Below, one piece after another: positions 42,678-56,674 of a DNA stretch of 64,000 nt. Each line of letters begins with the position of its first letter. Position 1 is the first letter of the stretch. Source of the stretch: the human T2T-CHM13v2.0 reference genome, Homo sapiens; the NCBI RefSeq assembly GCF_009914755.1, contig NC_060942.1; one strand, given 5' to 3'. The translations under genes were made by a program, and so were the position numbers. Under the pieces are notes generated by a model. That model made no database searches. It was not told the origin of the DNA and saw only the letters and a list, made by a program, of their open reading frames with translations.

Positions 42678-42723
<46 letters not shown>
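42678..42723. repeat. (TA)n microsatellite
   Basis: Perfect TA run of about 22 units. Confidence 0.95.
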
Positions 42724-42727
<4 letters not shown>

Positions 42728-44635
42728 GTACATCCAGCCCTAAAGTTGACAAATTGCGAAGATTTAAAGACATGGGTAAGTGCCAGCTTCTACCACTTTG
42801 TATGGTCATATATCATCCTGGCAGAATGTAGGGTGATGAGCCATCTCATCACCCTAATGTCTGAGAAAGAACTTGGATCTCAAGTGTAGTTCAATTTTCT
42901 TAACTCAATCCTTTTAAATGTTTGAAACACTCTTAGCATTTTGTATATCGATCATTAGCAGATCAGAAAGTAGTGTATTTAATCAATGTATATGAGCAGG
43001 ACAAGATACTTAAAGTAAAAAATGGCATAAAAATAAAGTTAAATAATATTACTTCTGATACATTTGTATTTGAAGCTTATTGAATGAACATTTTAGTAAA
43101 GAGAGGCCACATAGTAAATATCCTTTTTTCAGAAGATAAGTGGGATGTTACACGGAATAAAATATCAATATTGACTTTTTAAATTAATTTGAGATTAATG
43201 ACTTTTTTATTTAAAAGAAGATAAGAAAAATGCAGTTTGTTTTGATTTTGGGGGCAGGCATTTTATTTTTTAATCTAAGACAATGCTACTCAAGGTCTAA
43301 TTCAGTTTAGATTAATGTAGATTTCTAGATTTTATTGCATTTAATAAAAATAGTATATTAAAATAAAATGAAAACCATCTTGTCTAGCTGCTTTTAATCT
43401 TTTATTTTAAGAAGTCCTCTAGGAGGCCTTCCTTAACTCTATCCTAGTTTATGTGCTTTTCTGGCCTGTTCTATCCAACTGCACGCTTATTTCAACTTCA
43501 ATACTTAAACATATTTTCCACATATAATTCTCTCCTTTTATTAGCCCCTTGAAGAAAGATTGTCTTTCATCCGTATCCACATGGAAGAATATAGTGTTTA
43601 GGATAGAAATATGTACCACAATTGTATCTGATAAATGAATAGATCAATAAATGAATTAATTTTTAAAAGTTTTAGCACAAAAGAAAAAAAATCACCAATA
43701 CTTGCAAGGAATTAATTTTATTTAGAATAATCATATTGATATAATTTTAGAAATTTCAAAAAATGACATGAAAAAGAAGATTATAAAGATCATTTACTAT
43801 AATCCCCATTTTACAGTTGAGGAAGCAGAGGCACAAAAACTTAAATATTTTTCTCTTAGTGTTTTAATAGTCATAAATTCAAAAAGACATGACAATTTTC
43901 ATTATGTTTTGCTAACTACCTTCTATAAAATTACACACACATACACACACATGTGCACAAACACACACACTTAAAACTAATTAATAATTGACAAACAAAT
44001 GTTTCCATTAGATTAAATGATGTTAATTGTAAGATTCTTTGGAGCTTTTTTGTAAGTCTCCTTTCAGTTACTATGTTAGGTTAGTAGATCATTTTGTTTA
44101 ATTCCTTAAGGTTCCGGATAGCCTGAATTGTATGCCATGAAAAAAAATGTGTATTTCTTTACTTTCCTTGTCACTAGCTAATTTATTAACAGATGAGTAA
44201 ATAATGATAAATTTCTTTTAAATCTCAACTTATGCTAATGATGCTCTTAAATAAGAATTGCCAGCTTTGTTAGACATGTATTTTTTTAGACATGACTAAG
44301 CAGAGCTTTTTAATGCATTTTCCCAGCCTGAAAAAAACATACCAATGGTTTTAAATGTAATTGTTCCTGTGGCTTAAAATAATATCACATGAACAAATAA
44401 TGTAAATTGCCTTGTACAGTGTTTTCTAACATTTCTATCATTTTCCACAACAGATATGTGTCATGTCAAAGACACATTATCTCAGTTATTATTGTGCTGT
44501 ATAAAGATAAATATGTTTTAACAGATAATTAAAAATTTTTGCAATTTTGTATTTTTCTTCTTAAAATAAATATGTACAGGATAAAGCTTTAGCCTGTGAT
44601 ATTATTGTTATACCCTAAAAACAAGTTTTCATGAC

Positions 44636-45015
44636 TGATACAGTTTGGCTCTGTGTACCTACCCAAATCTTGTCTCGAATTGTAATCCTTATAATCCCCA
44701 CATGTCAAAGGTAAGACCTGGTGGGAGCTGGTTGGATTATGGAGGCAGTTTCCCCCATGCTGCTCTCATGACATTGAGTGAGGTCTCAGGAGAGCTGCTG
44801 GTTTTGTTTATGTTTGACAGTTCCCCGTATGCAGGCTTTCTTCTCTCTTTTGCCTGTCACCATTTAAGCCACACCTGTTTCCCCTTCTGCCATGATTGTA
44901 AGTTTCCAGAGGCCTCTCCAGCTACATGGAAGTGCAAGCCAATTAAACTTCTTTTCTTTATAAATTACACAGTCTTGGGCAGTTCTTTATAGCAGTGTGA
45001 GAATGGACTAATACA
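44636..45015 (+). mobile_element. THE1D/MSTA-type solo MaLR LTR
   Basis: tgatacagtttggctctgtgt..ccttctgccatgattgtaagtttcc..gcagtgtgagaatggactaataca; TSD atgac/atgat. Confidence 0.92.
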
Positions 45016-45849
45016 ATGATGAGATGAAACGGAAGGTCTAGGAGCTTCTAAAAAACATGAACTATTCCTAGTGAACACAGAATGGCCACTAGGAATAGTG
45101 CATGTTTTTTGAGAAAAAAGGAAAATTAGGCATTTTTAGTCTGATATTTATATTTATTTTTATCCCAAAGAGTCTTAAATATTATTTCAAGAAAGTATGA
45201 CAACTAAGAAAAATACATAAAAGTCTACAAAATCCCCAAAATGTAACCTTATATTATGTGGTATGAAAGAAATCATGTAAATACCCTCAATCTATTGGTT
45301 GTTTTTCCTTGAAATAGTTTATAAATGTACTATTCCAGTGATCAAACTTTCTCATGCAGTAACAACAGAACGCTGTCAACCAAAAGATGTTGTGCTTAAA
45401 TTTAAGCAATGTTTGGTTAGAAACATTTGCTTAATCTTTAACCCAGGAATATTTACTGTGGTCATTTATTTAATGAGATAAATAAATTCAAGCTTATAAA
45501 ATTGTTAATTTCTGAGTATAATCTGTCCCATGTTTTAGAAGCTAGGTTTTGGTAGAAACAGGATTATCCAAAAATATTTAACATACTCATAGTTTATTAT
45601 ATCAATAATTAATAGTATAATAATTAATTATTACTATTAATAGTAATATTAATTAATAATTAATATAATTAACTGTAAGTACGAGAATTTTCTTCTTTGC
45701 TAGAATTCTCATTGTTGACATTCTTGACCTTCTCATTGTTTTCCAAATGTGTGGTAAATTTTCAAATAGTTTCATTTCAGCTTCCAATTTGATGATTTTC
45801 ATTTTTAATCTATTAATGCATTCTTATTTTGTATTCCACAAAGTAAATG

Positions 45850-46285
45850 ACTTCTACTCTTAAAAATACTCAGGTAATGAAAGAACAAAGATTATTCCAG
45901 ACTAAAGGTCTGATGATTACACTGTGGTTATATGAGAAAATTACTTTGTTTTAGGTAAATACAACCTAAAAAGCTCAAGCCAAGGGACATTATACTTTAT
46001 ACTTGGTAACTTACTCTTAAAAGTTTCCAAAAATATTTATAGGTGTGTAAACTGTTATATAAATAAATATACGCGCATATGCAAATATATGTGTGTATAT
46101 ATGTAAATAAATGATAGATTAATATATAGTCATATGTAACAATAGATCATGAAAAGGCAAATGTGAGTAAATAGGAAACATTCGTAGAATCTAGATGAGT
46201 AATGTATGTAAATTGTTCATACTATTTTTTGCAGTTTTCTTTTAAATCTGAAATCATCTCATAGTAAAAAGTTAAAAAAACTAAA
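45850..46285 (+). mobile_element. L1MC/ME 3' UTR fragment
   Basis: ccagactaaagg, actgtggttatat, gtaacttactct, gaatctagatga, ttcatactatttt..cagttttct..tctgaaat. Confidence 0.6.
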
Positions 46286-46402
46286 TTTAATGGTTTTATT
46301 ATAGTCATATAAATATATCGAATAATTTAAAACTTCATTAAATGTTTTAAAATTTGTCTGAAATACTTTACATTTCAAAAACATCTATTAAAATCTTATT
46401 CT

Positions 46403-46743
<341 letters not shown>

Positions 46744-48159
46744 TTATTCTGAGTCAAGGACTAAATTTAAATCCTACAGACAATTCAAAAAATATAAAAT
46801 CAGGATGTTTGATAACATATTGAAATAGAATAATTTGCTGAGTGTCTCTTTCGCTCAAAAAATCCTGTTTACATTTAAGAGTTGATATATCCAGAAAGAC
46901 AATTATAGCAGAGTAATGCAGAAGTAAAATGTGTCAGCTTTGATTATACATAACAACAAAGCAAAGTTGTTTTCCACATTCTTACACGATCATTATGGAA
47001 AGTACTATATACTATGAAAACATTATGGTATTGTCACTGCCAGAAAGCAAACGGTTCTCTTAAACCACTCTTAGAATGCTTTTAAAATTGTTTCTAAATC
47101 TTGCAATAAGAAAAGTTTTAATTATCATCAATTTAAAGCTCTGAAGTTTGCATGAAAAACATTACAGTGAGTAGAAGGTGTAATGCACAATATTGCATGT
47201 AGTTGTACCAAAATAAAAACGAGCTCTTTCTGGTAATTTTCTTTGTTGTTTGAATTGTTTTGGTAAATACACAGGAATAGCAATAGTGAAACTTTAGTGC
47301 AAATTTATGTTCTCATTTTTATATCACTTTGAAAATGAAAATATGTATTTTACTGTACATCTGTAGATAACATGCTTTTACAATATGTCTGACTAATTTT
47401 TCTTTATTGGGCAAAGACATAAAGATTTGCTATAATGAATTGCATAAGGATTTGTAAAACTGACCCTCAGGAATTTAATATACTGGTAAAAACTGACAAA
47501 CCGAAATTTATGACCCCAAAAAAAAAAAAGTTAGATATTAGGTTATCAATCTGGGTCTCTTCTGGTGAAATCAGGTAGATCATAATAAAATCTTGCAGAA
47601 AGAGCGACTATCTAGATATATGCCACATATAGCGTATGTTTCAGGAGAGTTAAATATTTGGGAAACTAGATTCAATTTTAAAAATAATTTTCCTTCCAGG
47701 GATTTATGTACATGGGACTTGGTAGGATGGTGACTTGGATACACATCCAACAAGGCCAGGGCAATTCGTGTCTCTCCTACTTTTGAAAATCCCCAGAGTA
47801 CTTTGATGGGTGCATATGGTCTTTGGTCCTGCTTTGGGATAGGGAGACTTCAATCTCACAACTAATACACTTTGTTGCTGTTGTGGTGGTAGTGGTTGTT
47901 GTTAAAGTAGGTAAGGTAGGGATAGAGGGACGGACAAGGATAAGAGGCAGATGCAGAAGGACAGGGCAGTTACACACCACTGGTCGGCTTTGACTCTAAC
48001 TTTTGTTTTCAAAAGTCACAATGGCCACCTTTGAATCCTTTAAGCAAAGCTTGAATGTTTTCAGCCCACAAAAGGCTGTCCATCAAGTACTAGGTCCTCA
48101 TTAGCGATGTCACCTATCCTGGCTTTAGGAACTCTTGGCTCCACAGCCACACTGCCCTT

Positions 48160-48438
48160 GGCTCATGCTGACAGAAGTCAAGGAAGTGCTTTTGTGCTCA
48201 CTTGGAAGAAATAAACTCGCATACTGTGAAATGCCTCTTGGAGCTGAGGGCAGTCCCCAAGAAATAGCACCCATTTATTGTCTCACAAACTCTTAGTCTT
48301 CTTGAAATCAAAAAGTTAATTGTCATAGATACAACTTTTTGTTTTCTTGAAAACAAAGTTTATGAGACAATAAATGGGTGTTACTTTAAGCTACTAAATT
48401 TATTGTAATCGCTTACACATAATAGTAAATTATAATAA
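48160..48438 (+). mobile_element. MLT1E/F-like LTR fragment containing a fold-back duplication
   Basis: ggagctgagggcagtcccc; 3' end tgagacaataaatgggtgttactttaagctactaaattt..gtaat. Confidence 0.55.
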
Positions 48439-48779
48439 TATGCTGGCTGTACAAATTAACCAAGGATGTCAAATTTCTCTGTCTTCCTTCCTCCATCCTG
48501 TATTTCTTCCTCTCTTCCTTTCTTAAAACACATAGGATTGTAGCACACGCTAATGCTTGATTTTCTCCTCATACATCATATTATAAACATATTGCTGATA
48601 AGACATAACAGGTGAAGTTTAACGTTATAATTTGATATTAATTAGACATTTTTTGATCTCTAGTCATTTTTCACTGTAATTTTGGACCTTTGGAATTCTA
48701 TAAATATTGTTGATAAATTGTGGGTGAATAAGTTATCTAATCACTTAAATATCAATAAAGCACACCTCTTGTTTTAAGA

Positions 48780-48920
48780 GCAATCTCTAAAATTTAAGAA
48801 ATTTGGGCCCTTAGTTTCAGTACTCACAAGTGCTCAAAATAGTGTATGGCTAGCGGCTACCATATTGGATGTCACAGATACAGAAACACACACTTTAACA
48901 CAGAACATCCTACTGAATTT
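48780..48920. mobile_element. MER3/MER33-type hAT-Charlie fragment
   Basis: caagtgctcaa..tggctagcggctaccatattgga..cagata. Confidence 0.6.
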
Positions 48921-49391
48921 CCCTTATTTATTTCATGAACCTAGCATAAACAGTTTTAATAGTCTAAAGATAAATCACATATTTCTGCACTCTTAGATAT
49001 TTTATTCCAACTTTACAGGGTCAGGTTGGTGACATAATCTATCTCATAGGAATGTTTACGCTCAAAATATACTCAACATATTAAAGATATACTGAAGGTG
49101 AACAAATGGTCATCAATTAGCAGTAACTAATTACTCTCCTAATTCTCAGATCTGATGTGTCCTTTCTTCTTCAAAAAACATTGTATTAAAATAATAAATT
49201 TGATAAACTTTATGAAATTGGATGATGAATTCAAACATAATCTTCTCCATAAATCTGAAAAATATTGCCAACGTTACCACAAAAATAAAGGAAGGTGAAA
49301 GAAGTCTCCTATTTGTTCTGAAAATCAGACTACTTGCCTCCAGTGCTTAAATATAGAACAAGGCTTCTTGCTACTTTGATGTCATTGGAGA

Positions 49392-49628
49392 CAGGGCATC
49401 ATGGTGGTTAGGGCATACTCTGGGACAGAATAGCCAAGTTGGACTTGTAACTCTGGCATTTCTTAGTTGTGTAATATTTCTGTGCTTCAGTTTCTTCATC
49501 TAGGTATTGGGAATAATAAATTAGTCCATAATTACTAGGATTTTAATTGGAATTGAATAAATTGTCATACATACCAAATTCAGAACTCAGAAAATATAAA
49601 GTACTTGGTATATGTTAATCATTACTAT
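49392..49628 (+). mobile_element. MIR SINE
   Basis: gtggttagggcatactctg, tagttgtgt, MIR core tctgtgcttcagtttcttcatct..gggaataata. Confidence 0.72.
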
Positions 49629-50543
49629 AAAGTCTTTTTTTCTGTAATTTGTTGAAGGATTAGGTCAGCTAGTGTCATATATGTTTTATGAGACTCAAGA
49701 TAAAAAAGAAGAAATTACTCAGAAATTTAAGCAATGTGGAAAATTGCTATCCTTAACCAACCTATGCTAGTATACTCAGGTTTATGAGAATAAATCTTAT
49801 AAGACTTCAAATATTCAAAGTCACATAAGTGCACCTGTTGTATACCATTGCTTGGTATACAGCTGTTTTAAGAATCCGATGTCCTAAATATCCAGAAACA
49901 TTGTTGGAGCAAATGATTTTCCTCTGAACTTTTCTGAAAAGAAAATGTATAAACCACTAACTAGAAAAGAATCATGACTGAACACCGAACACTATCGTAT
50001 ACAGTCATATATAAAACTCAGTATGACAACTGTAACTAGGCAGGTGCATTTAGAAAACATGACATTAGCTCCAGACTGCTCTTTGATCTGAATTATCAAT
50101 TTAATTAGGTTAGCCTGCCTTGAATAGAGTATCCAAATCCTTTTCAGAAACTTTTTTTTTTTTTTACCAGCAATTATGTTTCTTAACTGCTTCAAAGTAT
50201 TCCATTTACAAGACATGGAAAACAATCCTTAAAAGGGGAATGTCCTTTCTGTATTGTGGCATTTGTGATGAATGCCAAATGTATTTTTAAATAGGATTAA
50301 CATTTCATCTTTTATTTAACAGAAAGCAAAATAACTTCAATTTCCTTGAAAGTCTATTAAATTTTCAGCCATTGCTAAATAGTCTTCTAGAACAGGTAAA
50401 CATCCTTATAGGGTGAACTAATGCTACCTTATCTAGAACCACAAGTTCTGAAGGTGCAATATGAGAATGATGATTTATTTTCTAAGGTTAAAGGCAAAGG
50501 ATAAGAGGTCCAACAAAATAACATACAGAAAAAAAGACAAGAT

Positions 50544-50962
50544 TGTGGATATTACTTAGAGCAGATGCCATCAATATCTCACCATTTCCCCCCTTAGTAT
50601 TTGGCATCTCCAGATCCCATGGCTACCAACTGTGAGTAGGAGTGGGTATTTATCCAGGATGCATGGGACAAGCAAGAAATTCCAGAGCGTTTATGCTCCC
50701 TAAGAATGGGAGTGAAACAAGGGATTCCATGTGGAACTATCTTGACTGCCATCTCCCACTGTTGAGGTAACTCTGAGGTATTTTCTACACTGTTTCTCTG
50801 CAGCAGTAATCTGTTGACCATATATTTTATAGTGGTCTCTTTTTATTCTAGTCTCACATATGTGATCCCCTAAAGATTATTCCTGAAAGAATCTGCCAAA
50901 TGAACTAAATTCACCCATATACTGGCCCCAGGATCTGCTTTTCAAAGAATTCAACTTAAAAC
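50544..50962 (+). mobile_element. LTR16-type ERVL LTR
   Basis: gggacaagc..aa..ccagag..ttatgctccc, taactctgaggt, agtctcac, ends caggatctgctttt..gaattcaacttaaaaca. Confidence 0.6.
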
Positions 50963-52077
50963 ATCTGTAACAAAATGGAGTAGAAAAAATGGGTAGCAAT
51001 CAACTTTGCAACTGCTACTTTTGGGCAGTTGCAGAAGACACCCAAAATCTCAGACTGAGTATCCACGCCATATTCACTTTCACTTCTATCCACACAATTC
51101 ACCAGCTAGTCCTTTGGACAGCCAAAGCTACGGCGCAGGATGAGCGCGCAAAGGACAAGGGAAGAAAGTGCAAGCGGTCTTCCATTCCAATTCACTTTCC
51201 CAACTTCTCCCAATATTCTCCAATAATAAGTGATTCAGAGAAAGAAGAGCTCCTTTCAGGGATGCATGATAACCATTAAGAAGCTACCATGGAGCCATAG
51301 GGTAGAAAAAAAGAAGTTATCAAATAATGAGGAAAGTTATAGGACAAAAATAAATAGCAAAATGAAAATAAATGATTAAATTGGTGAAAATCTTATTAAA
51401 CATACAAAGGAAAAGAGAATAAACTGAAAATAGCCAGTCAGCTAAAAATAGTCATGGATATAGAAAGTGAATATTGGGAAAATATTTTTAATATTAATTT
51501 AAAAAGTGTTTTCCCACCATATAGAAACTCAAGAAAGAGTATGCCCTGGTCTTTTCTTGAACAAAATAATAAAAAAAGAAAAATCTTGTGGAAAAACTCC
51601 AAGTAACAAAATGGTAGCTATAATAAAATGTCTATGGTGATCACTGAATACATGTAAATATAAACTGAAGGTAGAAAGATGTTGGAATTATTGTAACATA
51701 AGAGAAACTAAAATATTGTGTGGAAAATAGATATATCCATATTTTTGAATAGCCACTAACCATTGCTAGAATTGTGTACGTAAATCTTTTAGTAGTGTGA
51801 GTAGAATAGAAAAAAATGGACTCATTTTTTTTAACTTTGACTGATCCTCTTAAAGTAATAAAATATAAGCTTTCTTTCCCCGAAAGTTTTTTGTCATAGG
51901 TTACTAAGAAAGCAAACTTAGTTGGGATGAGAGGCTGGACAGGAATTAGGAAGTCTAGATTCACACACGTAACTATGGACATGCTAATTTAAAAGCGAAG
52001 CAAAATGAAATAACTCTTGAAGAATCCACTGACTTGGACAAAGCATAACTGGACAGCTCATTGGGAATCTAGATTTA

Positions 52078-52079
<2 letters not shown>

Positions 52080-52114
<35 letters not shown>
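52080..52114. repeat. (TG)n microsatellite
   Basis: Perfect run of about 17 units. Confidence 0.95.
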
Positions 52115-52116
<2 letters not shown>

Positions 52117-52649
52117 TGTATATATGAATTGGGCATTTATTTGTCTGCATGTGTTTGTATGTGTACCCTGTGAATAAGTACACAAATATGCCTTCAATAA
52201 TAGGAAACATGTTACACCCTATACAAGACTTGTTGTGGGGTAGAAGGCAAATGTGTAGATTTTTTTTTTGTTTTAAAGACAACCTCAACAATAACAATCA
52301 TTCCCAGTGCTTTTCTTAAACAATGTGATTTTGTTACTTCTCCCATGGAGAGTTTAGATCCATGTCCCCCACACTCGCAATTGGTTGGGATTCAGATTCA
52401 CCTATTACAAAAAGAGAACTATGAAAATGATGTTATATGATTTCTAAGATGAGGTCAGAATAAAGATGACCTGTCTGTCTGCCATTTATGCAGCAGAAGA
52501 AACTAGCTCTTTTTGGATAGAGATAATATTAGCCTGAGTTTTGGCAGATTTTCATCCATAAGGTCTGTCATTGGATAAAGCACTATGGACATAATAGAGG
52601 GCTAATGCCTGAATACTAGGAAAATAATAGAAAAAAATGTAAAACCAAA

Positions 52650-53150
52650 GTAATATATTACAGTTATTATACATGGACTTTAGAACAAATATGATTATTA
52701 TGTTTAAGGGAATATTAAAAGATACCAGAAATGCATAAAAACAAGTACAGTAGAAATACTGGTAATAAAATTAAGAAATCAATATTTGAGTTTAACAGTA
52801 GCTTAGACACAGCAGAACAAAGGATTCATGAACTTGAAAGATTGACCAACAAAAATTCTGATTGAAGCACAAAAAGACAAAAGGATAAATGAACACAAAA
52901 GAGAGAGAAATGGATAGTGCAAGTGTTATGTACATTTGTTACAGGTATTCAAGATGAAGAGGGTAAGGAAAATGAGGAAGGTGCCACATTTGAAGAATTA
53001 CCATGAATTTTACAAAAGTGACAAAAGATATAAAACTAGAGTTTCAAGAACCTTATAAATTCCATACTGTAGATTATAAATGACTTAAAATCATTTTTAG
53101 GTACAGACATGAATAACAAAGCATAAAATATAATTTTAAGGAAATCAGGG
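52650..53150 (+). mobile_element. Old L1ME/HAL1 ORF1-like remnant
   Basis: tttaacagtagcttagacacagcagaacaaaggattcatgaacttgaaaga, tttgaagaa, tttcaagaa. Confidence 0.55.
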
Positions 53151-53893
53151 AAGTTTGATTACAGATGGCAGATTAAATAGTATCAATAAATAATTTACAG
53201 TTTTGTTAAATTTAATAATAGGATTATATTTATATAAAATGTCTAGTTTTTTGAAAATGTATAGAGGAACATTAAACAATGTATAGGATTTCATTTAAAA
53301 CACTGAATATTTCTGCAAACCAATAATTAAAAGTTATAGATGCAAAAATTTGCCAAATATCTTACTAATTGTTTGGTGTAACTAATTATAATGAGATTTG
53401 TTGTATTGTTATGTATTCAAAAATTAAAATATAATTAATAATTGATAAAGGGTTTTACAGATTTAAAAAAATTTTTAAAGATGTATTAGACAATTTATAA
53501 TATATAATATATACTAGACAATTCATAAAACAGAGATGACGAATAGAAATTTAAAACACAATTTAATGCTATTCCTATAGAGAGAGATATTTGTTCATGT
53601 GTTGATTACTTCCTCTAATATGTGTGTATATGTTTGTATATATGTGTGTGGGTTTCTGTTTTGCAAAATTGGGTTAGTAATATTTTCATAATACATTAAG
53701 AATATTTTTCTCTCATCTTAAAATTTTTTGAAATATTTTTGACTTTACCATTATAAGACTGTTACACTATTTTTGAAGGTCCTTCTCATCAAATAATTTG
53801 TTTTTAAAAAACTGCCAGTTTTAAACATAGTACTCTGATAAACATGATATATACCTATTTCTTGCCAAGTCATTTTATTTTCTAAAATATGGC

Positions 53894-54119
53894 TGTGGCA
53901 GATGAAGGATCACTACGAATACTTGATACCATTCTTCCCTGTGAATCTGGATTGGCCTATGTGACTTGCTGGACTAATAGAAAAGATGATTTCCAGCATC
54001 ACAAAAAGGAAAAGCCTTGCCCATTCCTGGCCCACTAAACCATCACATAAAATAAAATGGTTAATGTTTTTAAGGCACTACATTTTGTATTTTTCTCTGT
54101 GGAAATAGATAAGCAGGAA
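53894..54119 (+). mobile_element. Internally deleted MLT1 LTR
   Basis: tgtggcagat, tgaatctggattggcctatgtgacttgct..ctaatagaa, tgtttttaaggcacta..tttg, aatagataa. Confidence 0.55.
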
Positions 54120-56674
54120 GGTTTTTTATTGGCATTATTATGGAAAATAACATCAGGTTTACATTTATTTTCATATTATATTTCTATATTAATCAAACTT
54201 CATTCCAGACTTAGTGTGCTCCAACTTTTAATATCATACACTCTATGATCACACACTTCCAATAAATATTTGTAAAATACATATGTGAATAGTTGCACAA
54301 TATGAAATTTATTAAATGTACAATGTAGACATTTGAAAATAATACAATGTGGAAGAAATAAACAATATCATTAGATAGATTGCTAGTTGAGAGAGATTCA
54401 TCATAATGGGATAATTTTGAAGTCTTCTCTGCTGATTTCTAGCCAGAGATGTTTTACTCATTGTTTTGAGAAAGAACTTGTAGTGGAAGCAGAAGTCACG
54501 TTAGCTCTGACAGTTACTCTCATTTATACTTTTAATACTTTTTTAAATCCACAGATTCTTAGCAAGTATTGTTTTTGGTATTACTCATCCATTTCATTAC
54601 ATTTAACTTAATGGAAACTATATAATATTCTACTTAATTAGAAATAATTAATTAAAATACATCTAAAAACACAAAAATTACCCCTGGAAGCTTGTGCTCA
54701 CCCTTTCTGCAAGTAAAATTTCCATTATTTCTCAGTACCCCTCACATTTGTGAGTTGTTGCCACATGATGATAAATAAGGGCCGAATGCTGGTAGAAGAT
54801 GGAATCTATATATTATATATTACATACATTATATATTACATATGTTAATATATACTATCCTACATACTACATATTATATTTGTAGGTTACACACACACAA
54901 TAATTTATAGTAACTTCTTTCTCTGCTGCAATTCATGGATTTGTGTCTCGACATGGTTACACGGTTGTATGCACAACACTTTGTAGAACATTGATTAAGA
55001 TGGTCACAATTTGAGCTATTCAAATTCAAATATTACTGACAGTTCAGTATTAGACATTTTTGTACTGTCTCATAAGCATCTTATATACAATAAAATATCA
55101 AGGATAGCCCATAAAACTATTTATAGTATTTGTTAAGTGTCTCAAAATTTATAAAGGTGCTCTTTTGTGATTTTTAATTCTGAAGGTGTTAGTCCAGGGT
55201 AAACTTCTTAAATGATGAGTTAAATAAAATTTGATTTGAAGATACCCCTTTGCTTTACTTGAAAAACACTCTGGCATTCTTCATTGCTCCAAGGACCTTT
55301 GTATAACTTTCCTAATTAAGGCCATCAATCTTGACCATTTTTATCGCTGATTTGTGCTACAGAAGTGCTTGGCTAAGCCTTTGAAAATTAAAAGATCATG
55401 GAGTGGTTGTTTGTATGGCGATTCTAGCTGTCACTTTGGTGTTTGGTTTCCACAGTCTATTACCCATTACATTGGATGAGAACTCCATAGATACAAACTT
55501 TGCCTATTAATGAAGGGATTTACAATGACAGAAAACAAACAACAAACAGACAACAAGGAAAAATGCAAAACTGAGATTCCTAAGGTGCAATGTCAGCAGG
55601 CCTGTAAGAAATTACCCTCACATCCTGCATTTCTCACTTAAAACCAAGATTGAGAATTATCCCTTCTAACTGTGGCCATTTTACTAGGCTAAAATTTAAT
55701 TTTATCCTGTTAGTGGCACAAAAGTTATGTTCACAAAAGGTTACCTTCCCAAGCTCATAATCTCCTAACCACTCAATTCTCAGTAAATGATCTCATTTCC
55801 TACTTTATCCTTTGAAGAAAAAATTATAAGAACAAAATTTATTTAATTATTGCACCAAAATTACCTCAGCTCCAGTCATCCTTTCTTTCTTCTCTAAATG
55901 GAATAGATAATTGCTCCTGTTCCCATTTCTTCCGGCCTTCTCAGGTAGAGTGATCATCTCTTTCACCTTTATCTTTACGGAATCAGCTCTAATGCTACTT
56001 TGATACCAAATAAAACAAAAATTTACCCATATTGGTAGCCCCAGTGTCTAGTATCAATTCCATTCAGTTGCCTCCTATTCTTGGCTGCTTTGAGTCTCTG
56101 GTCTGCTAATGTTGTCTGCTTTCACTGTCAGTTCAATAAACAAACCACAGTGACTTATCCAATGTTGCAAAAGTGCTTCAAATATTATCCAAGAATCCCC
56201 ACAATCTCTCCTCTGCCACCCTGCTTCTAATAAACAAAACAAAAAACTCCATTATAGTTCTCAGTGAGCCTAGATTAGTTTTACAATAGCCATACCACAA
56301 TTTCACTAGGTAAATGGAAAGATATAAACATTATAGTAACATTTTATTTTACCCAAACATGTCCCAGACTGATAATATGTACAATAACGCAAATATATTT
56401 TCAAGTTCAAAATTGAAAACAAATATGTCACTTTTTTAACTTCTAAGATTTGTAACGGAAAACTCAGCCCCTTTCTTCTGTAATAATATATTGAATTTGA
56501 GTTCCCATATCTAATGATGCATTCCCCATTATGCAATTTAGATTTTAAATCTTGCATATTGTCATTAAACTATGATGTATCTTATCATGCCAATAGCAAT
56601 AGAAAACATGCACTGTTCGAAGATGGTTTTATAAATAAAGTGCTGAAATATATGTTCTTTGTTGTTTACTAATC

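Noticed and set aside
42404-42831. Low-complexity ORFs rich in Y/I/L (also 14469-14696 and 31614-31910)
   Set aside because: Translations of AT microsatellites or T-rich antisense L1.
44645-44992. Longest ORF in the track (115 aa); also 14947-15264
   Set aside because: These lie wholly or mostly within THE1-type LTRs; chance open frames.
47580-48030. G-rich stretch possibly an old LTR or G-quadruplex
   Set aside because: No four closely spaced GGG runs, and no family that I can name.
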